A stretch of DNA of 61,939 nt, the filler included, from Sphacelaria rigidula (lineage: Eukaryota): assembly GCA_964200075.2 (NCBI GenBank). It is 6 parts of 6 records of this genome, joined end to end, with 100 filler letters (N's around TTAATTAATTAA, not from the genome) between each part and the next. Parts side by side here need not be neighbours in the genome. Positions count along the whole stretch, not along the records: positions 10,342 to 20,582 come from CAXNAA020006870.1; 5 more parts are not named here. One strand, 5' to 3'. Position 1 is the stretch's first letter, and the number at the start of each line of letters is the position of its first letter. A model generated the notes under the pieces. The model worked only from the letters and a program-made list of their open reading frames with translations. It made no database searches and was not told the origin of the DNA. The position numbers were made by a program, and so were the translations under genes. Shown here one piece after another: positions 10,658 through 20,682 of the stretch.

Positions 10658-12829
10658 CTATTTGAAGCTGTCCGCAAGCCGTTCGGGGGCAGCGTCGCGG
10701 AAGCCCTTCATGACGTTGGCGTCGCTCAGCAGTTCCGGCAGGGCGACGCCCGCCGGGGACTGGCGCCCATAGACCGCGTTGAACGGTATGCCGTAGCGCC
10801 CGAACGAGGCCAGATAGGCGGCAATGTCCGCGTCGGGGCGGGTCCAGTCGGCCTGCATGGCGATTACGTCGGGACTGTTCAGCAGTTCCAGTATCCGGCC
10901 CTGTTCGAGAACAAAGCGTTTGTTGACCTGGCATGTGATGCACCAGTCGGCGGTCACGTCGACAAACACGATCAGGTCGTTGTTGACCATCCGGCTGATC
11001 GCGGCGGGATCGAATTTCTGCCATTTGATCTTGCTGACGCCTGGGGTGGTGGTGTCGAGCGGCCCGTTGATGTCACCGATCTGGGCCGTGGTGATGGCGG
11101 CGAAGGTCGCCAGAAGCAGGGCGAAGGGTGTCGCTTTCCTGATTTCCGGCACGTTGCTCATGACCGGGCCGAGCCAGACCCCGGACAGCACCAAGAGCCC
11201 GCCGGTGAGCAGGGCGGCGAACAGGCCGGCGGTCCCGGCGAGCACGCTCAGCAGCCAGACCGCCGTCGCTGCCAGGGCCAGGCCCAGCACGAATTTGAGT
11301 CGCACCATCCACGCGCCGGGTTTCGGCATGAAGGTCACCAGGCGGGGCAGGGCTGCGATCAGCAGATACGGCGCGGCAAGCCCGAGCCCCAGAACGGCGA
11401 AGACAGCGATGATATCGCTGGCGCCACGGGCCAGCGCAAAACCGACGGCGGTGCCCAGAAAAGGTGCCGAACACGGCGTCGCCAGCAGGGTCGCGAAAAT
11501 CCCCTGCAGGAAATGACCGAAGATTCCGCCGGCTTCCCCGGCCTTGCGGCTTTTGTCGGCAACCGCGCCCGGCAGCCGGAATTCGAAGAACCCCCACATG
11601 TTGCAGGCGAACAGCGTCACCATAAATGCCATGATGATCAAGAACCACGGCTGCTGGAACTGAATGCCCCAGCCGATCACGGCGCCCGCCGATTTCAGGG
11701 CGATAAGGCCGGTGGCGAGAACCAGAAACGCGAAGATTATGCCGCTGGCAGAAGCCAGAAAGCTCAATCGCACCGTGCCGGGGGCGCTGCCGCCGTGCTT
11801 GACGACGCTCAGGAATTTCAGCGACAGGACCGGCAGCACGCACGGCATCAGGTTCAGGATCAGGCCGCCCAGAAAAGCGAACAGCAGAATGACCGGCAGG
11901 CTCCGGGTATCCTGCGGACCCGGCACGGGTACCATCACACCGGGGCTGTAATCCTGCGGCGGGCCTAAAGTGGCCGGGGTCTCCATGGCCCTGCCGCCGT
12001 CCAGCAGCGTGAACGTGAACGAGGTGCCGGTCAGCTTTTCGGCGGCCTCAGCGGGTGTGCCGGCATAGCCGGAAACGGGCACCCGCAGTTCCGCGTCCTT
12101 GCCGGCGTTGCTGATCTGTACCGACGGGGCGCCATAGCCGAAACCGGGTGGGCCTTCGAGATAGAGATCGGGCCCCTTGAGCGGAATTTGCGATGTGACC
12201 TTGGCTGCGACATACAGACCCTTCTCGGAAGTTTCGGTCCATACCTGTTCTATTCCAAGCCGGGCTGCATCGCCGCTGCGGGGTACTCGGGCATCGGACT
12301 GCCCGATCAGGTGCGCGTAAGCCGTCGGTGCGCCGTCACCGGCGGGAAGCGTCATGCTCAGGGAGGCATCGTAGGGAATGCAGATTTCCTTGCAGGTCAG
12401 ATAGCGGACTTCCGCCCTGATGACGGCGGGCTGGCCCGGATCGTCCGCCTTGATATTGAACGGCAGCACGACGCCGTTTTCATAACCCAGTGTTTCCAGG
12501 CCGAGCACGGAAAACCGTGTCGGCACCGGCCAGCGGAGCGCGCCGGCTTCGGCATTCGTGGTGCCGCTGAAATCGGGTTGCGGCGGGAACCCGGCATCAC
12601 CGGGGGAACGCCAGTAAACCTTCCAGCCCGGTTTCAGGCTGAACTGCAATCCGGCCAGAACCTGCCCGTCGGCCCCCAGTCCGTCACGCGCGGCAATCAG
12701 CCGGACGGCGGACTGTTCTTCCTCGGCCCAGTCCGAAGCGGCGATGCCGGCCAGGGCCATATTGGCCGGGGCGGCGGCGATGGCCGTCAAAGCGGCAAGG
12801 AACGGGAACAGAATGCGTTTCATCATCAT
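10658..12829 (-). CDS. dsbD: Protein-disulfide reductase, DsbD/ScsB-type (N-terminal domain, TM domain, thioredoxin domain)
   Basis: Signal peptide; GWKVYWRSPGDAG and CKEIC motifs; LNLMPCVLPVL and LLATPCSAP in the TM part; TADWCITC; start could be 12829-12823 or 12868. Confidence 0.92.
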   Translation of the reverse strand: MMMKRILFPFLAALTAIAAAPANMALAGIAASDWAEEEQSAVRLIAARDGLGADGQVLAGLQFSLKPGWKVYWRSPGDAGFPPQPDFSGTTNAEAGALRWPVPTRFSVLGLETLGYENGVVLPFNIKADDPGQPAVIRAEVRYLTCKEICIPYDASLSMTLPAGDGAPTAYAHLIGQSDARVPRSGDAARLGIEQVWTETSEKGLYVAAKVTSQIPLKGPDLYLEGPPGFGYGAPSVQISNAGKDAELRVPVSGYAGTPAEAAEKLTGTSFTFTLLDGGRAMETPATLGPPQDYSPGVMVPVPGPQDTRSLPVILLFAFLGGLILNLMPCVLPVLSLKFLSVVKHGGSAPGTVRLSFLASASGIIFAFLVLATGLIALKSAGAVIGWGIQFQQPWFLIIMAFMVTLFACNMWGFFEFRLPGAVADKSRKAGEAGGIFGHFLQGIFATLLATPCSAPFLGTAVGFALARGASDIIAVFAVLGLGLAAPYLLIAALPRLVTFMPKPGAWMVRLKFVLGLALAATAVWLLSVLAGTAGLFAALLTGGLLVLSGVWLGPVMSNVPEIRKATPFALLLATFAAITTAQIGDINGPLDTTTPGVSKIKWQKFDPAAISRMVNNDLIVFVDVTADWCITCQVNKRFVLEQGRILELLNSPDVIAMQADWTRPDADIAAYLASFGRYGIPFNAVYGRQSPAGVALPELLSDANVMKGFRDAAPERLADSFK

Positions 12830-13075
12830 CCAGCGGTCTGGGTGTCGGCTAGCTTTATCATTCGCCATAATCCGGGCGTGAACACAAGGGCGAACGGCTG
12901 ATTATCGGTCTTTCTCACGGCTTGTTGAAGACGGCCAGCAGGCACATATCATGCGGAGAGTTTTTGCCAGCCGTGCCCGATGTGTCATAATGGCGCCGCA
13001 ATCGCCGCGCAGAACATATTGATACGGGTACCTGTGCTATGGGTGCCTTTACCCGCCAAAAGAACGGAGACGCGT

Positions 13076-13663
13076 GTGAGAGGTTTTTTGCAGGACGGTT
13101 CCCCGAGTGACAGTTACCTGACCGGCAGGTTCCTCGTCGCCATGCCCGGCATGGAAGACGACCGCTTTCAGCAGACCCTGATCTATGTCTGTGCGCATGG
13201 ACCCGAGGGCGCGATGGGCCTTGTCGTCAACAAGCCGCTCGACAGCATCAGCTTTCCCGATCTTCTGAGTCAGCTCGACATCACCATGCCGCCGGCAGGC
13301 GAGGGGATCGAGGTTCTGTTCGGCGGTCCGGTCGAAACCGGCCGCGGCTTCGTTCTGCATTCCCCGGACTACATGCACGATGCGACGATGGTCGTGGATG
13401 ACGAAGTGGCACTGACGGCCACTGTCGATGTGCTGCGTGCCATTGCCGAAGGCGGCGGTCCCCGCCAGCGGTTACTGGCCCTCGGTTACGCCGGGTGGGA
13501 CAGCGGCCAGCTCGACGCCGAGATCAAGGCCAACGGCTGGCTCAGTGTCGATGCCGACCCGCAGCTTCTGTTCGATACCAACATCGCAACCAAGTGGGAC
13601 CGCGCCATGGCCAAGCTCGGCATCGATCCGCTGATGCTGTCCGGCAAGGCCGGTCATGCCTAA
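13076..13663 (+). CDS. YqgE/AlgH (DUF179) family protein
   Basis: [23 protein letters not shown] and [14 protein letters not shown] motifs; GTG start with GGAG RBS. Confidence 0.92.
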   Translation: MRGFLQDGSPSDSYLTGRFLVAMPGMEDDRFQQTLIYVCAHGPEGAMGLVVNKPLDSISFPDLLSQLDITMPPAGEGIEVLFGGPVETGRGFVLHSPDYMHDATMVVDDEVALTATVDVLRAIAEGGGPRQRLLALGYAGWDSGQLDAEIKANGWLSVDADPQLLFDTNIATKWDRAMAKLGIDPLMLSGKAGHA

Positions 13664-14021
13664 GGGACGGCGTCCCGGCGGGCGGGATCAGGGCCAGGGT
13701 AAGCCCCAAGGGAATCCACAAGGGAAACCTCACGGGAAGCCCCAAAGGAGTCCAAAGGCAGCGGGAAATCTCGATCCGGATACCTTCATGCGTGAGCTGA
13801 TCCGCCGCATGGACGATTGCGATACCGCCGAAAAGCTCAACGACAACGTACTGATGCCGTTCGTGCTGGCGCTGGAAAAGGTCTGCGGCGCACGCGGCTA
13901 TGTGATGAACATCTATGGTGAAACCGCGAACATCGTCTTTTCTGGAAACGCCGAGGATGCGGAAGCCATCTACCAGATCGTTGAAGCCTATATGGACGAT
14001 CAACAGGACGATGCGGATTAA
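13656..14021 (+). CDS. Hypothetical protein (121 aa)
   Basis: Overlaps the yqgE/algH stop by 8 nt and ends 9 nt before the next gene; GKPQ-like N-terminal repeats and an acidic C-terminus. Confidence 0.7.
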   Translation: MPKGRRPGGRDQGQGKPQGNPQGKPHGKPQRSPKAAGNLDPDTFMRELIRRMDDCDTAEKLNDNVLMPFVLALEKVCGARGYVMNIYGETANIVFSGNAEDAEAIYQIVEAYMDDQQDDAD

Positions 14022-14030
14022 CCCGCTGCC

Positions 14031-14903
14031 ATGTCCGATCCTCAGCGCCCCCTGACGACCTGGCTGTTCGTGACCGCCATTGATGCGGCGCAGATCCGTG
14101 CCGCCGCCGACGCGAAGCCCGACTGCGTCATCATCGATATGGAAGACTTCACGCCGCCGGGATTGCGCGAAAAGGGCAGACAGCTTCTTTCCGAAAGCCT
14201 TGCCCTGATAGCCGATGCCGGAGTCGTGCCGTGTGTGCGCATCAATCCCACCGGCAGCGCCGATCATGCGCCCGACCTTGTCGCGGCGCTTGATGCCGGT
14301 GCCCGGGTCATCTCGCTGCCCAAGACATCGTCCGCCGCCGAGCTGCATCAACTGAACAACGCCATTTCGGCACATGGCGGGTCGGGGCCGGACAGACCCG
14401 GTCTGCTGCCCTGCATCGAAACCGCTGAAGGGCTGGTCAATACCTATGCGATCCTCAAGGAAGCCCCGCCGCTGATCGGCAGCCTTGTCGCATCCGAAGA
14501 CATGACCACCAGTCTGGGCGCACCGCGCGACCGGGACGGCACCGCCATCCGTTATGCCCGCGAACGGTTTCTTCTCGAATGCCGGGCCGCCGGTGTCGAA
14601 CCGGTGGACTGCCCCTATACCTGGGCCGATCATGAAGGTCTGGTTGCCGAGACGATGTCCGCGCGGGCGCTGGGCTATCATGCGAAATCTGCGGCGCGGG
14701 CGGATCAGATTGCCGTGATCCGCGATATCCTCGAGCCGGGGGCCGACGAGATCGCCAACGCCCGAGCCCTCGTCGACGCTTTTGAAGCGGCGGAGCGTGA
14801 CGGCCGCGACAGGGTCGAGGTCAACGGCCAGATCGCCGAACGGCCGTCGTATCTGAATGCCCTGTCACTGTTGGCGCGGGCGGGCGTGATATCACCTGAT
14901 TGA
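14031..14903 (+). CDS. HpcH/HpaI aldolase / citrate lyase beta (CitE-like) family protein
   Basis: IIDMED, VRINP, LPK, IETAEGL and ARALGY.AK motifs. Confidence 0.88.
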   Translation: MSDPQRPLTTWLFVTAIDAAQIRAAADAKPDCVIIDMEDFTPPGLREKGRQLLSESLALIADAGVVPCVRINPTGSADHAPDLVAALDAGARVISLPKTSSAAELHQLNNAISAHGGSGPDRPGLLPCIETAEGLVNTYAILKEAPPLIGSLVASEDMTTSLGAPRDRDGTAIRYARERFLLECRAAGVEPVDCPYTWADHEGLVAETMSARALGYHAKSAARADQIAVIRDILEPGADEIANARALVDAFEAAERDGRDRVEVNGQIAERPSYLNALSLLARAGVISPD

Positions 14904-14930
14904 TGATAGCCAAGGTGCTCTGGATCAACG

Positions 14931-15020
14931 CGTCGCCCTGAACCTGGTTCAGGGCCCATATGATCACGTGCGATGGTTCCGGCTTTTTTTTGTGGATCCT
15001 GAATCAAGTTCAGGATGACG
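14931..15020. repeat. CGTC-type REP doublet / palindromic element between convergent genes
   Basis: CGTCGCCCTGAACCTGGTTCAGGGCCCA ... TGGATCCTGAATCAAGTTCAGGATGACG; each arm is a hairpin and the arms are inverted relative to each other. Confidence 0.75.
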
Positions 15021-15056
15021 ACGGAGATATGATCTGCGGGTGCAGATCGACGAAGC

Positions 15057-15254
15057 TCAATCCCGTTCGTTCGGATCCACGACGTCGAGTTCGATCACCG
15101 AGCCGTCGACGATCAGCTTTCCGGCATTCTCGAAATTCACCGTGATCTTGTCGCCGACAACGGTCTGAACGCGGCCCAGTCCCAGTTCGGGTGCCTGGGG
15201 ATGACGTACGAACGAGCCCTGCGAAATCAGAAAGTTTGCGGGATGCAGGGCCAT
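15057..15254 (-). CDS. DUF3553 family small protein (65 aa)
   Basis: VRHPQAPELGLGRVQTVVGDKITVNFENAGK matches the family pattern; ATG 4 nt after the M16 stop. Confidence 0.85.
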   Translation of the reverse strand: MALHPANFLISQGSFVRHPQAPELGLGRVQTVVGDKITVNFENAGKLIVDGSVIELDVVDPNERD

Positions 15255-15258
15255 CGGC

Positions 15259-16515
15259 TCAGTTGAAGCGGGCGGCGAGGGTATCCACCGGTTCCAGCCC
15301 CTGCACGGGACCGATGGCGGCGACCGTGGGCGTGCCCTTGAAAAGACGGTCGGCGACGGCGCGCACGGCATCGTCATCGACAGCGTCGATATTGGCGACG
15401 ATTTCCTCGGGCGGGATCGGACGGTCGAACAGCATCAGATGACGTGCCATCTGTTCGGTTCTGGCTGACGTGCTTTCGCGGGCCATCAGGATGCTGGCCT
15501 TGAGTTGGGCCCGGGCGCGCTGGGTTTCTTCCGGCGTCAGGTCCTTTGACAGCTTGTGGGCTTCATCGGCAAGCAGGGGGATCAGATCGCCGAGGTGTTC
15601 CTCGCCGGTGCCCGCATAGATGCCGAAGATGCCGCTGTCTTCATAGCAGGACAGGAATGAATAGATCGAATAGGCAAGGCCGCGTTCCTCGCGGACTTCC
15701 TGAAACAGCCTGGACGACATGCCGCCGCCGAAGACGGTCGACAGCACCGATGCGGCGTAGAAATCGTCATCCCTGTAGCCGACGCCGTCCAGACCGAGCA
15801 CGATGTGGACCTGCTCCAGGTCGCGCTCCATGCGGATATCGCCACCCTTGTAGGCGGCCCGTTCACGGCCGTTACCGTTCTGTTTGGGGAGCGGGGCAAA
15901 GGTTTCGGAAATCAGCTCGACCAGATGATCGTGATCAACCTTGCCGGCGGCACAGAAAAGGCTCTGTGGTGCGGTGTAGCTCTGGTTGCGGTAGGTGTCG
16001 ACGTCGTCCCGGTTCAGCGCGCGGATGATGTCCTCGGTGCCGAGCACGGGCCGACCGATGGCCTGATCGGGATAGGCGGCCTCCTGAAACAGATCGAAGA
16101 CGATGTCGTCGGGGGTGTCGTGAGCCTGGTGAATTTCCTGACAGATCACGGATTTCTCGCGCTCCAGCTCGGTGGCGTCCATGGTCGCATGCATGACGAT
16201 GTCGGAAACCAGATCGACCGCCAGATCGATGTCGTCCTTCAACACCTTGGCGTAATAGGCGGTGTTTTCACGCGATGTATAGGCGTTCAGATGACCGCCG
16301 ACGGCTTCGATCTCTTCGGCGATTTCACGGGCCGAGCGCCGCTCGGTCCCCTTGAAGACCATGTGTTCCAGAAGATGCGAAATCCCGTTCACTTCGGCGG
16401 CTTCGTCGCGCGCGCCGATGCCGACCCAGGTGCCGAGCGTCACGGTTTCAACGTTCTCCATGCTGTCGGTGGCGACCCGCATGCCGTTGTCGAGTGTGGT
16501 GATGCGGACGGTCAC
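15259..16515 (-). CDS. M16 family zinc peptidase (pitrilysin/MPP-like)
   Basis: HLLEH (HxxEH), LNAYTSRE and SSRLFQEVREERGLAYSI; GTGA overlap with thrC. Confidence 0.95.
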   Translation of the reverse strand: MTVRITTLDNGMRVATDSMENVETVTLGTWVGIGARDEAAEVNGISHLLEHMVFKGTERRSAREIAEEIEAVGGHLNAYTSRENTAYYAKVLKDDIDLAVDLVSDIVMHATMDATELEREKSVICQEIHQAHDTPDDIVFDLFQEAAYPDQAIGRPVLGTEDIIRALNRDDVDTYRNQSYTAPQSLFCAAGKVDHDHLVELISETFAPLPKQNGNGRERAAYKGGDIRMERDLEQVHIVLGLDGVGYRDDDFYAASVLSTVFGGGMSSRLFQEVREERGLAYSIYSFLSCYEDSGIFGIYAGTGEEHLGDLIPLLADEAHKLSKDLTPEETQRARAQLKASILMARESTSARTEQMARHLMLFDRPIPPEEIVANIDAVDDDAVRAVADRLFKGTPTVAAIGPVQGLEPVDTLAARFN

Positions 16516-17921
16516 GAAGCAGCCGCCGTGGTACCAAGCGTGTCGTCGACCAGGCCTTCGATAATCTCGAGGCTGTTGTCGATGGTGCGGGCGCGTTCTT
16601 CACGCTCATACAGATCGGCCATGCGTTCCGGCAGTTCGGGGCGGACGCCGGTTGCGGCCTCGACGGCATCGGGGAATTTCGCCGGATGCGCGGTCGCGAG
16701 GACAACCATCGGCGTGCCGTCGTTGTCGGTTCGGGCCCGTGCGGCGGCAAGGCCGACCGCGGTGTGCGGATCGATCAGCATGCCGGTTTCCTGATGCAGC
16801 GCCCGAATGGTCTCGGTGGTCTGTTTGTCGTCATAGCGGGCCGCATCGAATTTTTCGCGCACCGTTTCCAGCATCGTCTGATCGACGCGGAAACTGCCTT
16901 CGGCGCGGAAGGTGGTCAGGGTGCTTTCAACCCTGGCGCCGTCGCGGCCCATCATGTCGAACAGCAGCCGCTCGAAGTTCGATGAAATCTGGATGTCCAT
17001 GCTCGGGCTCAGGGTGGGAACGACCGCATCGGTGCGCATCTCGCCGCTGTCGAAGAACCGCGCCAGAATGTCGTTGGCGTTTGCGGCGACGATGAATTTC
17101 TTCACCGGCACGCCCATCTTCATGGCCGCGTATCCGGCAAAGACGTTGCCGAAGTTGCCGGTCGGCACGGTAAAGGAAATCTCGCGCTCAGGTGCGCCGA
17201 GATGCAGGGCGGCATGCACGTAATAGACGATCTGCGCCATGACCCGCGCCCAGTTGATCGAGTTGACGGCGGAAAGCCCGTGGCGGTCACGAAAATCTGT
17301 ATCGTTGAACATCGCCTTCACAAGGTCCTGGCAGTCGTCGAAGGTGCCGCGGACGGAAACATTGTGAATGTTGTCGGCCAGTACTGTGGTCATCTGGCGG
17401 CGCTGCACTTCCGAGACCCGGCCCTCGGGAAACAGCATGAAGACGTCCAGCGCGTCCTTGTCCCGGCAGGCTTCGATGGCCGCCGAGCCGGTATCGCCGG
17501 ATGTGGCGCCGACGATGGTGACGCGCTTGCCCTGTGCTTTCAGGACATGATCGAACAGGCCGCCCAGCAGCTGCATGGCTACGTCCTTGAACGCCAGTGT
17601 GGGGCCGTGGAAAAGCTCCATCAGGTGGATGTCGTCGCCGATGCTGACCAGCGGGGCAACCTCGCCGCCGTCGAAGGTCGCATAGGCCTTTTCGATGATC
17701 GACATCAGGGCGTCGTCATCGATGGTGCCGCCGACGAAGGGCTTGATCACGCGAAAGGCAATCTCGTTGTAGCTCAGCGACTTCATCGCCCGCAGGTCAT
17801 CGGCGCTCAGGCGCGGCCATTCGGCGGGCACATAAAGGCCGCCGTCTCGGGCCAGACCGGTTAACAAAACGTCGTCGAACGCGAGCTCGGGTGCCCGCCC
17901 ACGGGTCGAAATATAGCGCAC
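16512..17921 (-). CDS. thrC: Threonine synthase
   Basis: MRYISTRG, ELFHGPTLAFKD (PLP Lys), ATSGDTG, NSINWAR and PTGNFGN. Confidence 0.97.
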   Translation of the reverse strand: MRYISTRGRAPELAFDDVLLTGLARDGGLYVPAEWPRLSADDLRAMKSLSYNEIAFRVIKPFVGGTIDDDALMSIIEKAYATFDGGEVAPLVSIGDDIHLMELFHGPTLAFKDVAMQLLGGLFDHVLKAQGKRVTIVGATSGDTGSAAIEACRDKDALDVFMLFPEGRVSEVQRRQMTTVLADNIHNVSVRGTFDDCQDLVKAMFNDTDFRDRHGLSAVNSINWARVMAQIVYYVHAALHLGAPEREISFTVPTGNFGNVFAGYAAMKMGVPVKKFIVAANANDILARFFDSGEMRTDAVVPTLSPSMDIQISSNFERLLFDMMGRDGARVESTLTTFRAEGSFRVDQTMLETVREKFDAARYDDKQTTETIRALHQETGMLIDPHTAVGLAAARARTDNDGTPMVVLATAHPAKFPDAVEAATGVRPELPERMADLYEREERARTIDNSLEIIEGLVDDTLGTTAAAS

Positions 17922-18085
17922 TGAAATCCTCCATCAGCAGGGTGGCTGCGCACACCCCGGCGTAACTTCGCTAAACCTATCCATCGAAGCCGCCTGAAAC
18001 AAGGACCACGGGGGCACGGTTGCCTGTTGAACTCGAAATTGACCTCGGGCATGATTAATAAGCTATTAGTGCGGGAGGGCAGGGC

Positions 18086-19048
18086 GTGAAACTCAGTTGG
18101 CTGAAATTACTGTCGGGTTGTGTTTGCACAGCCCTTCTCATGGGGACGTCCGGTCTGCAGGCGGCAGGCAAGGTCGTGATCGGCACCGGCGGCAAGACCG
18201 GGGTCTATTTCGCGACGGGACAGGCGCTCTGCGAACTGTTGATGGCAAAGGGGATCGAATGTGAAGCGCCGCCGAGCGGCGGATCGGTCGCCAACCTGAA
18301 AGCCCTGAAAGCTGGCGAGATCACGTTTGCCATGGCGCAGTCCGACTGGCAGTTCCACGCCTACAAGGGTTCCAGCGAATGGAAGAGTGACAAGGTAGAC
18401 GACCTCAGAGCCGTCTTTTCCGTTTATGCGGAACCGATCCAGGTGGTCGTCAACCGGGACGCCAAGATCAAAAACTGGTACGCGCTGAAAGGCCACAGCA
18501 TCAACATCGGCAACCCCGGGGCGGGGCATCGCCAGACGATGGAAGAAATGCTCGATGCGCAACGCTGGAAGCTGGACACCTTCAGCGTCGTCAGCGAACT
18601 GCCGTCGTCCGAGCAGGTGGACGCGTTCTGTGAAGGAAAGTTCGAAGCTTTTGTCTATGCCGTCGGTATTCCGAATGCCGCGATGCAGCGCGCCGTCGGC
18701 GAATGCAACGGGATGCTGATCGAGCCGCACAATACCATCACCCGCAAACTGGCGACGGCGGCACGGCCGTATTATTCGAAGGTCAAAATCCCCGCGAAGA
18801 CCTATTGGGACGGCCAGAAAAAAGTCGACACCTTCGGTGTCATGGCGACACTGGTAACGCTTGAAGGTACCGATCCGGCGGTGGTCGATGCCCTTGTGAA
18901 AGCGGTGTTTGAGGATTTTGACGGCTTCAAGCTGAAGCACCCGGCGTATACGACGGCGAGCCCGGAGGCGATGGTCAAGGACGGGCTGAGCGCACCGCTT
19001 CATGATGCGGCAAAGGCCTATTACGCCTCAAAAGGCTGGATCAAGTAA
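18086..19048 (+). CDS. TAXI family TRAP transporter solute-binding protein
   Basis: Signal peptide; IGTGGKTGVYF, GGSVANL, AQSD and APLHDAAKAYY. Confidence 0.92.
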   Translation: MKLSWLKLLSGCVCTALLMGTSGLQAAGKVVIGTGGKTGVYFATGQALCELLMAKGIECEAPPSGGSVANLKALKAGEITFAMAQSDWQFHAYKGSSEWKSDKVDDLRAVFSVYAEPIQVVVNRDAKIKNWYALKGHSINIGNPGAGHRQTMEEMLDAQRWKLDTFSVVSELPSSEQVDAFCEGKFEAFVYAVGIPNAAMQRAVGECNGMLIEPHNTITRKLATAARPYYSKVKIPAKTYWDGQKKVDTFGVMATLVTLEGTDPAVVDALVKAVFEDFDGFKLKHPAYTTASPEAMVKDGLSAPLHDAAKAYYASKGWIK

Positions 19049-19051
19049 GAT

Positions 19052-20563
19052 TTAACCGGGCAGATAGCGGGCTTTCAGGTGCGCCTTGAAGGGGGCGGCT
19101 TCGAGCGGCCGTCCGGTGGCTTTGGTCAGCAGATCCGGCCCGGAGAGCAAGCGGCCGTTGGCGTGAATGTTTTCACGAAGCCAGGTCAGCAGATTTGAGA
19201 AATCACCCTTTGCGACGTTATCCGGGATCGCGGGATTGGCTGCGCACGCCGCCTGATAGACCTGCGCGGCGGTCATCGCGCCCAGGGTATAGGTCGGGAA
19301 ATACCCGAGCGCACCGTCATACCAGTGGATGTCCTGCAGGCAGCCCAGGGCATCATTGGGGACTTCAACGCCGATCAGGTCCCTGAAGTTGGCGTTCCAG
19401 GCTTCGGGGATATCCGCGGCATTCAGCTTGCCGGCGATGATGTCCTTTTCCAGACGGTATCTGACGATCACATGCAGCGGGTAGGTCACCTCGTCGGCGT
19501 CGACGCGGATGAAACTGCGTGCCACGGTATGATAGAGCCGCAGGATGTTGTCCGCGTCCCATGCCGGACCCTTGCCCGCAAACGTCTCGCGAATGATCGG
19601 CAGGGCGAATTCGAGAAATTCCGGCGACCGGCAGACCTGCATTTCCATCAACAGGGACTGGCTTTCGTGGATCGACATGCCGAGCGCACTGCCGACCGGC
19701 TGCAGCCGCCACTGTTTCGGCAGGCCCTGTTCATACAATGCGTGCCCGGTTTCGTGCAGCACGCCCATCAGTGCCGACGTGAAATCGTTCTCGTCATAGC
19801 GGGTCGTGATACGGACATCATCAGGGATGCCGCCGCAGAACGGATGATGACTGACATCAAGCCGGCCGCGCTCGAAATCGAACCCCAGCACATCCATGAA
19901 TTTCATGCCGAGCCTGCGCTGGGTTTCTTCGGCGAACGGGCCTTCGGGGATCAGGACCGGGCCCTGCGCCGCCTGGTGCGCCAGAACCTCGTCCAGAAAA
20001 CCCGGCAGGAATCCTGCCAGGTCATCCAGCACCGGATCGATATCGGCGGCCCGGCCACCCGGCTCGTAGGAATCGAGCAATGCATCGTAGGGTGACAGAT
20101 CAAAGACCTCGCCGATGCGGGCGGCTTCCTCGCGGACAAGTCCGATCAGTTCCGCCAGTGGTGCTGCGACCATACTGAAATCGCTTGCCGCACGGGCCTT
20201 GCGCCAGGCCTGTTCACAGGTGCTCGACGCACGGGACAACCGGGTCACGAACGCTTCATCAAGGGCACCGGCGCGGCGGTGCTGACGGTCGATTTCGTTG
20301 AGGTTGGCGGCCTGCCAGGGCGAGAGGTTGCCGGCGTCGGCCTTGGCATCTGCGATCAGATCGGCGGTTTCCGGGCTGACCAGCAGGCCGTGCGAGATCG
20401 CCTTGAGTTCCGCAAGCTGTTCGGAGCGGGCATCGGCGCCGCCCGCCGGCATGACGGCGGCATAATCCCAATGCAGGACGGCACCGGCCTCGCCAAGCAG
20501 GGCAATGCGGCGAAAACGGGCTTCGAGCCTTGCGTAGGCGTCGGGGAGGGGAGCGTCAGGCAT
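19052..20563 (-). CDS. M32 family carboxypeptidase
   Basis: HPFC, DVRITTRY, HETGHALYEQG, HESQS, IRVDADE, QDIHW and YFPTY. Confidence 0.96.
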   Translation of the reverse strand: MPDAPLPDAYARLEARFRRIALLGEAGAVLHWDYAAVMPAGGADARSEQLAELKAISHGLLVSPETADLIADAKADAGNLSPWQAANLNEIDRQHRRAGALDEAFVTRLSRASSTCEQAWRKARAASDFSMVAAPLAELIGLVREEAARIGEVFDLSPYDALLDSYEPGGRAADIDPVLDDLAGFLPGFLDEVLAHQAAQGPVLIPEGPFAEETQRRLGMKFMDVLGFDFERGRLDVSHHPFCGGIPDDVRITTRYDENDFTSALMGVLHETGHALYEQGLPKQWRLQPVGSALGMSIHESQSLLMEMQVCRSPEFLEFALPIIRETFAGKGPAWDADNILRLYHTVARSFIRVDADEVTYPLHVIVRYRLEKDIIAGKLNAADIPEAWNANFRDLIGVEVPNDALGCLQDIHWYDGALGYFPTYTLGAMTAAQVYQAACAANPAIPDNVAKGDFSNLLTWLRENIHANGRLLSGPDLLTKATGRPLEAAPFKAHLKARYLPG

Positions 20564-20582
20564 CCGTCGGAAGGCCTAGAGG

Positions 20583-20682
20583 NNNNNNNNNNNNNNNNNN
20601 NNNNNNNNNNNNNNNNNNNNNNNNNNTTAATTAATTAANNNNNNNNNNNNNNNNNNNNNNNNNNNNNNNNNNNNNNNNNNNN
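20583..20682. other. Artificial contig spacer
   Basis: N44-TTAATTAATTAA-N44. Confidence 0.97.

Noticed and set aside
10619..20095. Long alternative ORFs (10619-11968 +, 13542-14681 -, 15805-16794 +, 18107-19003 -, 19325-20095 +)
   Set aside because: Antisense shadows of well-supported genes in GC-rich DNA.
10342..20582. Horizontal transfer of a bacterial gene cluster into the alga
   Set aside because: Bounded by artificial spacers, with no junction, introns or host repeats.
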